Source: Bispira polyomma (lineage: Eukaryota). From it: a DNA stretch of 64,000 nt. Made by a program: the position numbers and the translations under genes. The stretch covers positions 21,514,001 through 21,578,000 of the forward strand of contig OZ287752.1 of the NCBI GenBank assembly GCA_965649765.1. Direction: 5' to 3'. This document shows, in pieces, positions 51,898 through 64,000 of this stretch (position 1 is the first letter of the stretch; each line of letters starts with the position of its first letter). Below the pieces are notes generated by a model. That model searched no databases and was not told where the DNA came from. It was given only the letters and a program-made list of their open reading frames with translations.

Positions 51898-54800
51898 TTG
51901 TGTTGGGTTGGTTAATGCATAGCAAGACCCAACGGGGGTCTGCTGATTTAGTTTAACACCCAAAAATGTTGTATCCCACCTTAACCCCTAGCTAATGGGG
52001 GTCTCAGTAGTATTTGGGTACCTTGGTCAATCACAGCCACTTCCTCCAGAAAGTTTAACCTTATCATAGGACATGTTCTTTCATTTTGAGAAGGAGACCA
52101 ACATGAAAACACATACATTTTGCCAAGCTTATGAAGGCGTTGTTGGGTTCCTCCAGTTTTAGTATTTTAGTTTTTTATATGTTTGTTTTTACATCATATT
52201 ATATATATTTTACGTGTTTTAAACTGTGATATAATGGGGAGAACTAAAACTACCAAGACCCCAGCAACTGACGGCAAAGTAAAGAAATTGACCACATGAA
52301 AGAGTACAGTCGAGAGGGTTGGTATGAGTATGTCAGTAACGGACAGTATTGTAACAGATCTTAGTGATTCGACAGGGCAGCTTCACAGTATGCTTCGCCA
52401 GATACAACCCAACGTCAGTTAATTTACCCTTCCGAGTCAAGTATCCAAGACTCTTAGATGTTAGCCATACTTAAACGGATTGAGGCATCAAACGCGGCTC
52501 TAGGCCAGCGACTGTTCCGTGTCGAAGCTAGGGACAACAGCACTCCTTCTGCATCTTTAACCCCAGTCCCTGAGTGTGTAATATCCCAGGCTCTTCTAGG
52601 GAGTGTTGCTACAGCTCCAGTTCGGGAATCAACGTTTGACCACCAAAGCAGGACTGCTCCTGCCTCGGCCACCAACTGTGTAACCTCTCGGGCCCATTCT
52701 ACAGCAAGCTTCACTGCGCCTCACGCTTTACCTATACTTGGTCGTCATAACAGAGCTGGTTATGTTACAGACGGCATAGTACCCAGAACGGACGTCCTCA
52801 AATCCCTGCCAGATGTACAAGCTATGGTGAAGGAACGGCTTGCCGAATATAACTTGCAAGCACAAGCAGTATTTAGCCAAGGTAAGGCAGCACTTCGACA
52901 AAAGTCTGGATGTTTCAATACTACTGACATTCCGACAAGTAAGCCAAACCTTAGATGGGCAAATGAGGGGTGGACGGGTGGATTAGCACGCAAACGGCCT
53001 CTTCTTGACAAATTGTCACTACCCCAGTGGGCTGCTTGACAGTTGTCCAACACGTTTCAGGTGACAGACCCCACGGTCTCTAGGGATATGATTCAACAAG
53101 TAGTGCTATCACTTTGGGACGCGTCCTTGTTGCCCTGGGAGGTCGTACCCACTTCATGGGCTACCAACATGATGGAAGTAGAAGAGGGGGCCTTAGCGCA
53201 TTTCAAATAGTGTTAGTTAATTCCAAAGGTAGCAGTTATACCCCCAGTCAACGTGCGGCGATTTGTTGGCATTGTGCGACGGTATTGCACAAAGATGTTT
53301 ACATCCAGAATTCAAATGTTATAAATCGAATTAAGCCAAGCAGATGGATTCGGCGCAAGTTTGTAATCACTACGAAACCTACCACCTACTAGGACTAGAG
53401 ACAGGTGATAATAACAGTAAGGCAATATGTAAAAGTGAAATAAATTATGTTGAAAATGTAAAGAATAGAAACCAAGTTGAAGCAGTGTTTAATATGTGTG
53501 ATATTGATATTACTGACCATAGAACAGAATCCTAACTTTATCAGTATAGCGACAAAGTCATTATAGGTAACAGGGTTACTGGAGACAATAGGTCTACTGG
53601 GCATATAGTCGTTGAGAAGGAAGTATCAGGAACCACCACAAACACCGAGTTCAGTATATAATGACAGCCCATATGAGGGTGATAATAAAACCCAAATGAC
53701 GAAAGGGAAAGGAAATTATCTTTTTGCAGGGTTACTCCCACATAAAGCTAACTTAGTTGATAGATTCACTTTGAATACTGATAGAAATACTGGTAAAGTC
53801 AATGTCTATAATGTCAAAAGTGATCAAAGTTTTAATGATGTCAAAGTATACAAACTGTGTGCAAATAACACCTGTTATGGTGGCCCATATGGGTCCAATT
53901 TGGAAACTTTGAATACTTATAAGAATATTAGTAAAGTTATTGATTATAATGTAAAAAAGTAACCAAAGTTGTAATGACGTCAAATTTCATGAAGCGTGTG
54001 CAAATAACACCTGTTATGGTGGCCCACATGGGTCCAATTTGGAAATTAGTATTTCTGGTCCCAATTGGTCTTATTATGTCCCAAAAGGTAATAAGAGCTT
54101 ATCTGTAGTATTTATTCACTGTAAAGAAGCCGAGGTATCAGGTTTTTATATGCTGTGAGAAGGGGAAGTGGATTCTGTAGACCAATACTTTAGATGTGAA
54201 TATCCACCAGCAGGGGAGATCACTATTAGTGATAAGTTTACATGACGACTATTTTCCTTCCAACTGGTGAATGACAGTTGTGACAAGTATGTCATTCAGT
54301 ATTTTAATGCAGTCAGCCAACAATGCATGGTATAATCATTGTAAGGATGTCAGTTGTAAAGAGATATATCAGGTAGATTACACAGAATATGTAACACATA
54401 TTATTGATATGTTGCTATTAGATGTAAATGAGAATATAATGTCTACAGTCAGTAATGACGGACCAATAGAGGTCACAACAGTTAAATTTCAAAAATTTGA
54501 ATCACACAATACTGAGGTGGCCACCAACCCAGTCAGCGACACTAATTTCCAGTTAAAACCAAAGGTTTCTTGACCATTTCAGAAACCAAATTTTAATTCA
54601 TCTGTCCCGACAGGGCTACAGTACATATTACATCTATTCAACAGATGTCTGAAATAGCCCAAACAATAAGGGACATGGGACGTCTCAATTACAGAGGGGC
54701 TAGGATTCCCCTAGTTTCGGGTCTAAATATTAGGCCCGGGAAGAGATTCTCCAAGAATATCCAGATGAACTATTATTACAATATCTTAAATTTGGCTTCC

Positions 54801-56905
54801 CTTTATCATTACAAAATCATGATAGTCTCCAGGTTAAGCAAACCATTAACCATCACTCAGCACTTCAACATGAGGTATTAATTTAGAAATACATCCATAA
54901 GGAACAACTATGTGGGGCAATGTTAGGTCCTGCCCAAGATATAGATAGTAAATTATTTCACTACTCCCCACTGCTCACCAGACCCAAAGATAAGGATAAG
55001 AGGCGAGTTATATTGATTCTTTCACACCCCGCAGATGGCTCGGTTAACAATATCGTAGACAGGCAAAGGTTGGACAGGGTTGATATCATTCTGAAATTTC
55101 CCACCATTGATATAGTAGAACAGATTAGAAACACACACAATCCTAAAATATTTAAACTCGACGTGGCTAGTGTGTTTCGAAACCTGAGGGTAGACCCAGT
55201 CGATGCAATGAAATTAGGTATTCATTTTGACAACAACAAGTATATTGAACCTGCGGTCGTGTTTAGCTGGGTACACGGCTCGGCGGCTTTTCAGCATTGC
55301 TCTGACATCATAGCCCATATGTTAAACAAGAAGGACAGAAAAATCTTGATGATTTTGTCGGTATTTCAACTTCTGAACAAGCAGAAACTGCTTCTGAATT
55401 AGGTATTCGTTTGGACTTACCATTGAACCTGACAAAATTTCTAAACCTACTTTGTAAGTCACATGCCTAGGCATAGACATTGACATTGAAAAAGACATTA
55501 TCAGTATAACAACAGATAAACTCAAGGAAATGTACGAAATTTGCAGAAAAGTGAGCAATATACGCAAACCAGGTATACGCTACCCCCTTTTGTAACATCT
55601 ATGTCGAGAAACTAACTATAGTTCATATCAAGATGCTTAACATTTTGTTAGCCCTTAGGGCCTGGGGTGAGCAGTGGAGCCATAAGCACATAGTCTGAAA
55701 CTGTGACAATATGACTGTAGTTCTAGTGGTCAGGTCTAATAAGACTAGAGACAAATTTTTAGCCTTTTGTTTAAGGAATATTTGGTTGCTATCAGCAGTT
55801 CACAACATTACGTTAGAAATTCAACATATTGAGGGAAAGAAAAACATTGTAGCTGATTTATTGTCAAGACTTTTTTCTGACAGACCCCCCTCAAAGGGGA
55901 CAGGTTGATATTTTAAGGGAATCATGGATGGGCATTCCACTTCATTACTTTCATTTAGATTTAAATATTTAATTTACATGTGAAAAACAATCACTAAGAG
56001 GTTTACAACCTCAGCATTGATTAATGGTACCCTTCTTCCCAAGACCACAGCCACCTACAATAGCCAGTTCAAAACTTTTATTGCATTCAACTGCTATGCT
56101 GGAATACACCAGATTACAACACATTTCTTTATATCTTTTCTAGAGTATCTAGTGCAAACGGGATCTTCTATTAACATGGTTAACAACTATATAGCATCCA
56201 TAAAGTACATGGCCAACAAGTTGTATTGGGATATTAACATATTCCAAAACGACACAGTCTCACTCTTTAGTAGAAGTTTGACTCATACTTTCACTTTTAG
56301 ACCTTCACCAAAGGGCATGTTTCAAATACACCACTTGTTGCTTATTTCTAAAGCCTGTGACACACTGGAGGAGCCAAAACTATTTAGAGCCATATTTTTA
56401 ATAACTTTCTTTGGTTTTCTTCACATCTCCAGAATTGCACCCCATTCTAGATCTAAATTTGACCCAACATGTCATTTCCTTAGAAAAAATGTTATATTTG
56501 GACATCCTGGTGTACACTTGATATTGAAATGGGCCAAGATCCCAATTTTACATCATACAGATTCCCACTTTGAAAAATTTGACTTTATGCCCAGTCAAGC
56601 CTCTCAAACAGTTATTACAATCCAGGCCATTATATCAGGATTCTCCACTTTTTGTAAACATTGCTGAACCACACTATTCCATTGTATAATCCCATGTGCG
56701 TTGAGCTCTAGCCTTAGTTCTCACACATGTAGGAATTCCACTTAAGAAGCATACATTTCACACTTTCAGAAGATCTGGGGCAACTTTTGCCTTTAATAAC
56801 AATGTCTCCTCACATAACATCATGTCCCATGGCCTTTGGAGGTCTTCTGCTGTTTGGTCCTATGTAAATCAAATTTCGAAAGCTACATCAGCTGTGCCCC
56901 TCACT
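51898..56905 (+). mobile_element. Ngaro-like YR retrotransposon, right-arm copy
   Basis: gag 52458-53039, RT ~54645-55570, RNase H ~55570-55908, YR 56017-56905. Truncated after SAVPLT relative to the paralogue ending ASIIPSTFAEIIPSSF. Confidence 0.88.
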
Positions 56906-57666
56906 GAAAAGGGGACCAACAAGATAACACGTACATTTCCCCACCTCCTCCCCTTTACCACAGCATTAAATAATGATGCTTATAAGAATTTTTACCATTT
57001 ATTTTTACCAAAATGATTTAGCGTGCACCGGGGGAAGATCATTACGGAAATAATACCTCAAAATTTTGTAAAAGATTGTCGGTTTGGCTACATCTCTACA
57101 TTTATTTATTACCATTGATGATTTCTCTACCCCTTTTACATTGATTCTGTCATATTTTGATGTTCTATATTGTAAATTTAGCCTATTATATATACGCTAT
57201 TATTGTCCACTCCGTTTGGCGGGAGTGGGCTATACCCCACAAGCCAAATAGTATCGTGGTTTTTGCATTTATTTTTTTTTTATTACCCCTGTTACTTTGA
57301 TTTTGTCTTATTTTTATGTTTTGTGTGTAAATTCAGTTAAAATCTGCTCTGTGTCCGCATACTTGGTACTCGGTTTTGCCATATATTTGTATCTATTTGT
57401 ATTGTGTATCCTTTCCAATCACTTCTCTTTCAAATGACTGTCATTTTTATGTTGCTACATTCTGGTGTGGTTGTACTTAGCTTAAAGTTAGGCTATAGTG
57501 TGGGGTGCTAGGATGCCTGTGAGTCGCCCACAGGACGAAGAGTTGTACGGTGAGTTGTAGGAACATATTTTTTGAGGTTCCCCACTGTTGAGTTCAGTTT
57601 AAGTTCTTCTTCAGTTTAAGGGCTTCTTCTTTTCTACAACCTCACTAATCATGTTTCTCCTTCGGG

Positions 57667-60594
57667 TTGTCTTTTTCGGCACTGTTTGCAGTGGCTATTG
57701 CTCATAGGTATGAGTGGTTGCATCCCAGAGTAGCTCACATATCTGCTACCTCATTGGCTAAAGTTGCAAGAAAAATTTCATACACTTGTTCATGTCGTAA
57801 ATTCCAACCACTGTTAATGGAAGAGGTCTTGTGTTATTGCTCTTTCTCGTCGGTGATGTGTCCCTTAACCCTGGTCCTGTCATGCTCTGGGTGCTAAATG
57901 CTAGATCTGTGAGAAACAAAGGTCCACTTCTTGCTGATATTGTGACATTGCATGACCTCGACTTCCTCTGTGTTTCTGAGACCCATGTCCGTCTAACTGA
58001 TACGGATAGCTTTCTACGGTCTTTTACGCCTCCTGATTTTGTGTTTTCTCATACACCCTCATGTATTGGTGGCGGTGTTGGATTCTTCATCAGATCCGCC
58101 TTCAGACCACATCAAATAGAATCTCCTGTCTATCAGTCCTTTGAAAACATGGTGGTGTCAATTGGGCTTCATGGCTGCTTACTGTTGCTTGCCTACATCT
58201 ATCGCCCCGCAGGATCATGTACCTGTAATTTTTTAGAAGAATTCATGTCTTTTGTTGGTTTCCTGTCATCCAGTAACAGTTTGTATCATATCTGTGGTGA
58301 CTTTAGCATCCATGTTGATTCACCAGTTGGTGACAGTCATAAATTTATGACCTTTCTTGATTTGTGTGATCTAAAAGAGTCAGTTAGACAACCTACTCAT
58401 CTGCATGGTCACATTCTGGACCTCATTTTATCTCCTTGTGATCAGGATACTATTGTGGATGTCAAAGTCTGTGATTTCATATCGAATCATGCAATAGTCA
58501 AATGCTCAATTGCTTCTCCTTGACAGGTGGCTCATATTCCTAATACAGTGCATTATAGGAGGTACCACCGTATAAACATGTCTGACCTCCGCACTGATCT
58601 CAAGAATACTTCCTTCATTAAGTCACTAGCCAATTCTGCAGCCAAACTTTATGAACAATATGTACATGACTTGGACAATGTACCAGATAAGCATGCACTA
58701 CTAGAATGTCAAAGAAACATTCTGTGCATTGGCTTTCTAATTCATACCGACGGGCAATGTCTCTCAGGCGCCAATATGAAAGAACTTGGCGAAGGGCCAA
58801 AAATCCATGGAATATAAGTCGACTTCATTGCGAGATTTCTCGGTGCAATGTACTTGTTAACGAGGATAAGTCGGGGTATTATAACAAACTTATCTCCAAC
58901 AACAGTCACAACTCCAGGAAGCTATAACACGAACTACGCAAGACCCTTAATATGCTTACCAATGTGACACTCCCGTCCCATGAATCTGTCACTAGCTGAC
59001 AAGTTTGCTTTTTTTCAGACAAAATTAAAAGGATTAGATATACTTTTGTTGCTTCTGAAACTAAAATGTGGTTACTCCTCTTATGGAAAAGGCTTCTCTT
59101 CCAGTTGACAACCTAAAGAACTATCGCCCTGTATCTGGTCTTAGTTTCATATTAAAATTGATTAAACGTGTGGTTGCTAAGCAACTGTTAGATCATATCC
59201 TTGTCCACGAATTAGACAACCCATACCAGTCTGAAGATAAAACAGGTCATTCGACTGAGACAGCTCTTTTGTCCATAGAAAATGAAGTTCACCTTTCTTT
59301 GTCAAGAGGCGAACCTTCTGCCCTGGTATTACTTGACCTCTCTGCTGCCTTTGACACCATTGATCATTCCACTCTTCTTAGTTGTCTTCAGACTTGGTTT
59401 GGAGTTAGGGGCTCTGATTTTAAATGGTTCACTGCCTACTTAACTGATCGTTATCAGTCGATAAAAGTTGGCTCTACTTTGTCTGATCTTTGTAAACTCT
59501 TGTTTGGTGTTCCTCAAAGTTCAGTTTTGGGCCCTCTGTTGTTTCCATTGTACACTGCCCCTCTCAGATTAGTGATTGGCAAATACAAAGGTATTAAGTT
59601 CCATTTTTATGCAGGTGATACCCATCTACTGCCTTTGAACAGTTGAACAGGTGCCTTGACGATGTGAAAGAGTAGATGTCAACTGGTAAACTCAAACTTA
59701 ATCCTGACAAGACTGAATTTATAATCTTTGGTTCAAAACGACAGAGGGAGAAGTTGAAAGCATGGTTTCCAGTTGACATCTTGGGTAGCCCTTTCAGCCC
59801 AGCTGATTCTGTCAAAAACCTGGGTGTATGGTTTGGCTCTGACTTTTCCTTCTCTAAACACGTCCAGAGTGTCTGCGAAAGTTGTATTTGTGAGACTTTA
59901 GACATGTCAGGTGGTTTCTCACTTATGATGCTTTTATGCTTGTGGCCAATGCTTTTGTCAGTAGTAGACTGGATTACTGCAATTCACTTTTCAGGAATCT
60001 CTTCAAGTTTAATTTACGTAAATTACAATCCATTCAAAATTGTGCAGCTACAATTGTGTCACATACCAGTCGATACACCAGTATAATCCTGTTCTTAAGA
60101 AATTGCATTGGCTCCCTGTTGAACAGCGTTCAGTGTTTAAAACAGCTACACTTGTTTATAAGTTTCTTCACACTGGGTTTCCAAGGTATTTTTCCCCATA
60201 TCTTTCCTCTTACAGTAGTTCCTATAATACCAGATGCAGTCAGAGTGGTAGTAATTTTCTCGTAGTTCCAAAGTACCACCCATCTACTCAAAAGTCAGTT
60301 AAGCAGTTTGATCACAGCTTTGCTTTTGATACTCCCATTGTTGGAATGTTCTTCCTGATGTGATTCGTGCTTCCCCCTCACTAGCTACTTTTAGAAATAA
60401 GCTTAAAACCCACTTGTACACCAAAGCATACCCACCTTAGTCTCAATTATCACCCGGCGCGCTCTGTGGTGCTCGACCCTTTTCTGTCCCTTGATATTGG
60501 AAATTGGATTATTGTCTTTTGTGCTGTTGCGCCTTAGAGTCCCCTTCGTTAAGGGGAGATTAAACGCTATAAAAGACTAATTACAATTACAATT
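57667..60594 (+). mobile_element. Decayed L2/CR1-clade LINE ORF2 (2A-like motif, APE endonuclease, RT) with 3' stem-loop and (ATTACA)n tail; its 5' region may extend to ~56906
   Basis: APE: LNARSV.NK, VSETH, IYRP, GDF.IH, HGHILDL, SNHA. RT: NYRPVS.L, LLDLSAAFDTIDH, GVPQ.SVLGPLLF, YAGDT. ORF ends AYPP* at 60440. Confidence 0.93.
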
Positions 60595-62688
60595 CATGTG
60601 TAGTTTATGTTCATTAAGGTATATAAATAGTATTAGAGATATGTTACATTTATGGACTGAATCAGGCCTGGTTTGCAGCGTCCAAAGAACAGCTTTGAAT
60701 CTGGTTGGATTGTGGCAAATCCTAGATTTTCTCACTGTCCCCACTTAGATCGCATGCCATCACCATGGAGTCAAACCCTGGTCCGTGTGGTACAGTGTTC
60801 CTAGCTTGCAACTACCCCTTGGTGCAGGCTACTGGGGATTAAAGCTCTGCAGCCAGGAACCTTTACTGCTAGGTGACTAGGTTCCATAGGACCGGGGTTC
60901 TAAACCAGGAGGATGGTTTCGTTGGAGAGGGTGGGTACAGTCAGATAATTGACCAACACTTGCTTGTATGTATTCATTATGGGCCTATAAAGGTTTATGT
61001 TAGAATTTTAAGTCTTACATCAGACCATTATGTAAATATATCTTGAAAATTATAGTTATTTAGAAATGTATAAACCACTGCCAATGGAACCTTCTGGGCA
61101 ATTTGAGATCAGGCGATTAGAAATTGAAAGAGATCTAAAACCTAAAGAGCTCAAAAGACCATTGTGTAGATGACATGTTCAGGAGAGTATTTAGAAAGAT
61201 TACATTTTTGTCTAATTATTCCTTGTGTAAATATTGACATGGACAGATCAAAACGTTTATTTGTTTACCTATGCATTGCTTTTGGCTGGCCTAAACAGCC
61301 TTACCTCAAAAGACGAAACCATAAAGCGGTGTATTAAGGAAATTTAAATTTAGTACAAATGCTGATTACAGGCTGTAGGTGTGCCATATCATGGTCTGGC
61401 CTCAATAATGACATTGACCTTAAAAACATTATCCCGGCTACTTACAATAATCAGTGAGAGTGAGGAAGTTCATATTTGATACAATATTGAGTGCAGTTGG
61501 GCAAGTCATGGTCTGACATCATTTTGACGTTTGAATTTCAATTAATGACTTTGAAAATAACAAGCTTGTCAAGGCTATATATTAGAAACCATGATATGGA
61601 AGTGGTTCCTAGTTGGTTTAAATATTTATAATAGAGTGTAGGTGTACCTCCTCATGCTCTGGCCTCATTTTAACATTTTACCTCCAAGTAATGACCTTAA
61701 TCTTGCCCAGTCAATTTTTCAAAAACATCATGGGTTTTTCCAATCTCCTTCTAGAAAATTATCCATAATTAGTTCTTTCAAATTGATGTTGCCATTTGTC
61801 CTCCACCAATATTCTTCTGTTGTAAGACGAGGTTTGCTGAGTAAGCAGAACCAGTTGATGAGGGCCACAGTAAGTCCTTTATATTTATAATGGATCTGGT
61901 GGAGGGCAAAATTTAACACCTGGATCACATCCTAGGGTAAAATGTGGACTCAGATTTGCCTGTTATAATGACAATGATAATGTATTATTACTGTCTGTTT
62001 GTGCAGAACATGTGGCATGACATTAATGTGTTAAATAAACAAAAATAAGTATAACTGCTTATAATGTTTGGATAAACTATATTATGTAAATAATCGAAAA
62101 TAACAAGCCAATGATATAAGCCAATTCAGCATTTCGAGAATGCATGTATAAATAGACATGTGTGTGCTTCAGTTCGAAATAAACAAATCACTGAAATATA
62201 ACCGAAACAAATCCAAAAAAAATTGTAAAAATGAATTTATAATCAAGAAGCTCTGATCAAAATATTTCTGTAGATACCAAGATTGCCTATAATTTGCTTC
62301 ATATTAATTGTTTTAATTTATTCTGAAATCTGAAATGGAAGAAAATTGCCAATATTATGTGAGATTTGGTAATACTCTGTCGCTATCGGTCACATGTGCT
62401 ACTATTTATCCCGAGTTGGACATGCACACTTAAAATGCTCAATTGGCTTATTGTTATTATTTTAACTGTTTTTATATACAATAACAAGTAATTAGAAGGA
62501 TTAGATATTACTTTGCATAATTCTGTATAAGGATTATAAAAGAAACTGCAATGTCTTGCCAAAAAATGTGAGTTTTAATAATTCTGACTAAGCAGTCAAT
62601 ATAAATGAAGTTGTTTATATAAATGTACACATGTCAGTCCGTTAGGTTGGATACATCTGTACACATGTAGATTTGAAGCAGCAGTTCA

Positions 62689-63839
62689 TCAGTTAATGGT
62701 TTCATATATTACTTGCTGAAATGATAATTTAATACAAATTTAAAGGAAATTTGCAAATAATAAATTGTGTGCTAATTAAAATGTATGCTGAAAATAATTC
62801 ATGCAAATCTTTACTTAGTAACCACACAAATTTGGATCTAAATTATGTGATACCTTCAATTCTGTATACTCAGCCGATGGTGTTGGTTCCTCTGATTTTG
62901 TCATTTCATAGTCACTGGCTTCAGTCACAGATTTAACATTTTCATATGTGCTTGAAGATTGTTTCTTGAAAACAAAAATGATACACAATATAATCATGGC
63001 AGAAAATATAAACATATATAATGAAAATATATTCAGATGAAGAATTTGGATTATTATAAATTATAGTTATATAGTAGTACCTTCAAATCTGTATATTCAG
63101 TGGATTTCTGTTCAACTGGTTTTGCCATCTCATGGTTGCTTATTTCATTTATAGATGTTACATTTTCATATGTTGCTTGACTTTGATTCTGAATGATAAA
63201 AATAAAATATTTGCTTATTGAATTGTTAAATGCTTTTTAATGTTATAATATGGCAAAAACAAACATTTTACCTCAATAGAAATATACAATATTAGTCAAC
63301 AACATGTACTTTCATTGTTAAGGTACTTCATTATATGATTAGTGTAAAATATACTCCGAAATTCAAACCAACGATTTTATATAAATTCTAAATTATTACC
63401 CTATCTTCAACAAAGCTTAAACCAAAAACACATACAATTAATTTACTAATTTACTTAATTACGTACCATGTAATTGGTGATAAAGTTTCACTGAATGAAA
63501 CAATCCATCATCAAAACTTTTCATACTTAATGGAGATGATGTTTGAGTATGTTCTCATAAAAAACATTTTAAACACACTTGAAAACATTAAAGTATTATA
63601 TCAAAGTTTCAGTTGCGTTTGAGTTTAAGAGTTTTGTGAATAACAGCCTTGATTTGATAAAATGATATTAAACTTGTAACTTACTGAATTAGATCTGCCA
63701 GTGCCAGCACTTAGTCTGTGTCTCCTGATGAACAAAACAATCAGGATAATTAGGGCAATTGTAAGTAAACCAACCAAGGTAGATGTAACTGCTAAACCCG
63801 CTATGAATCCAGTGTGTTTGTCCACTTCTTGGGACTCAG
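62689..63839 (-). CDS. Last four exons (63685-63839, 63081-63188, 62854-62964, 62689-62715) of a host single-pass membrane receptor with a tyrosine-motif-rich tail; 5' exons lie upstream, mostly or entirely beyond the window
   Basis: Canonical AG/GT sites and consistent phases. Translation: ..GFIAGLAVTSTLVGLLTIALIILIVLFIRRHR..SNS|NQSQATYENV..STEYTDLK|KQSSSTYENV..SDYEMT..SAEYTELK|QVIYETIN*. Confidence 0.82.
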
Positions 63840-64000
63840 CTGAAAGTAAAACTTAACATGTTATGTCTTTCTGTGGCCAGAATCGTTATAAGATACAATA
63901 TTTGTATTAATGTATGAAAGTTTTAACATAATGCATAAGTTAATAAAACAGAGTTTTCATGGTTATTCCTATTTTGGAATTGGTCAAAGCGAACAATGGC

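Larger units (their letters stand above)
42129..57153. repeat. Right arm of the giant inverted duplication (15,025 bp)
   Basis: Reverse complement of 26855-41879, with about 20 differences found by eye. Confidence 0.98.

Noticed and set aside
51900-52160. Hammerhead ribozyme at the Ngaro 5' end
   Set aside because: Short hairpins are present, but I could not find a CUGAnGA...GAAA core with matching stems.
26855-57153. Giant foldback or composite transposon with 15-kb TIRs
   Set aside because: No target-site duplication at the outer ends (cccac vs attttg), and the arms consist of unrelated decayed TE fragments.

Overview
AT-rich invertebrate (most likely mollusc/bivalve) genomic DNA, made almost entirely of nested, decayed mobile elements. 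(1) ~0.4-15 kb is a pseudogenised Polinton/Maverick endogenous virus. Its core genes are a ZnF/protein-primed PolB with a VSR-like nuclease insert, a packaging ATPase, an integrase with chromodomain, minor and major capsid proteins and an adenain protease. It also carries three unusual cargo genes: a NADAR (YbiA-like) ADP-ribose glycohydrolase abutting or fused to the PolB C-terminus, a two-BIR IAP-like gene, and a type I membrane glycoprotein with an NPxY motif that is only visible after removing an inserted SINE. (2) 15-32 kb is a pile-up of tyrosine-recombinase retroelements (one DIRS, several Ngaro-like), one interrupted by a 5'-truncated L2/CR1 LINE. (3) A giant near-perfect palindrome has arms at 26855-41879 and 42129-57153 (15,025 bp each, 249-bp spacer, about 20 differences). 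It duplicates an Ngaro-like element, SINEs, a TTAA MITE and a Harbinger-like MADF fragment. (4) A decayed L2/CR1 LINE with a 2A-like motif ends at 60594. (5) The last four exons of a host single-pass receptor with tandem tyrosine-motif exons lie on the minus strand at 62.7-63.8 kb. All protein family calls come from motif recognition by eye, not database searches.
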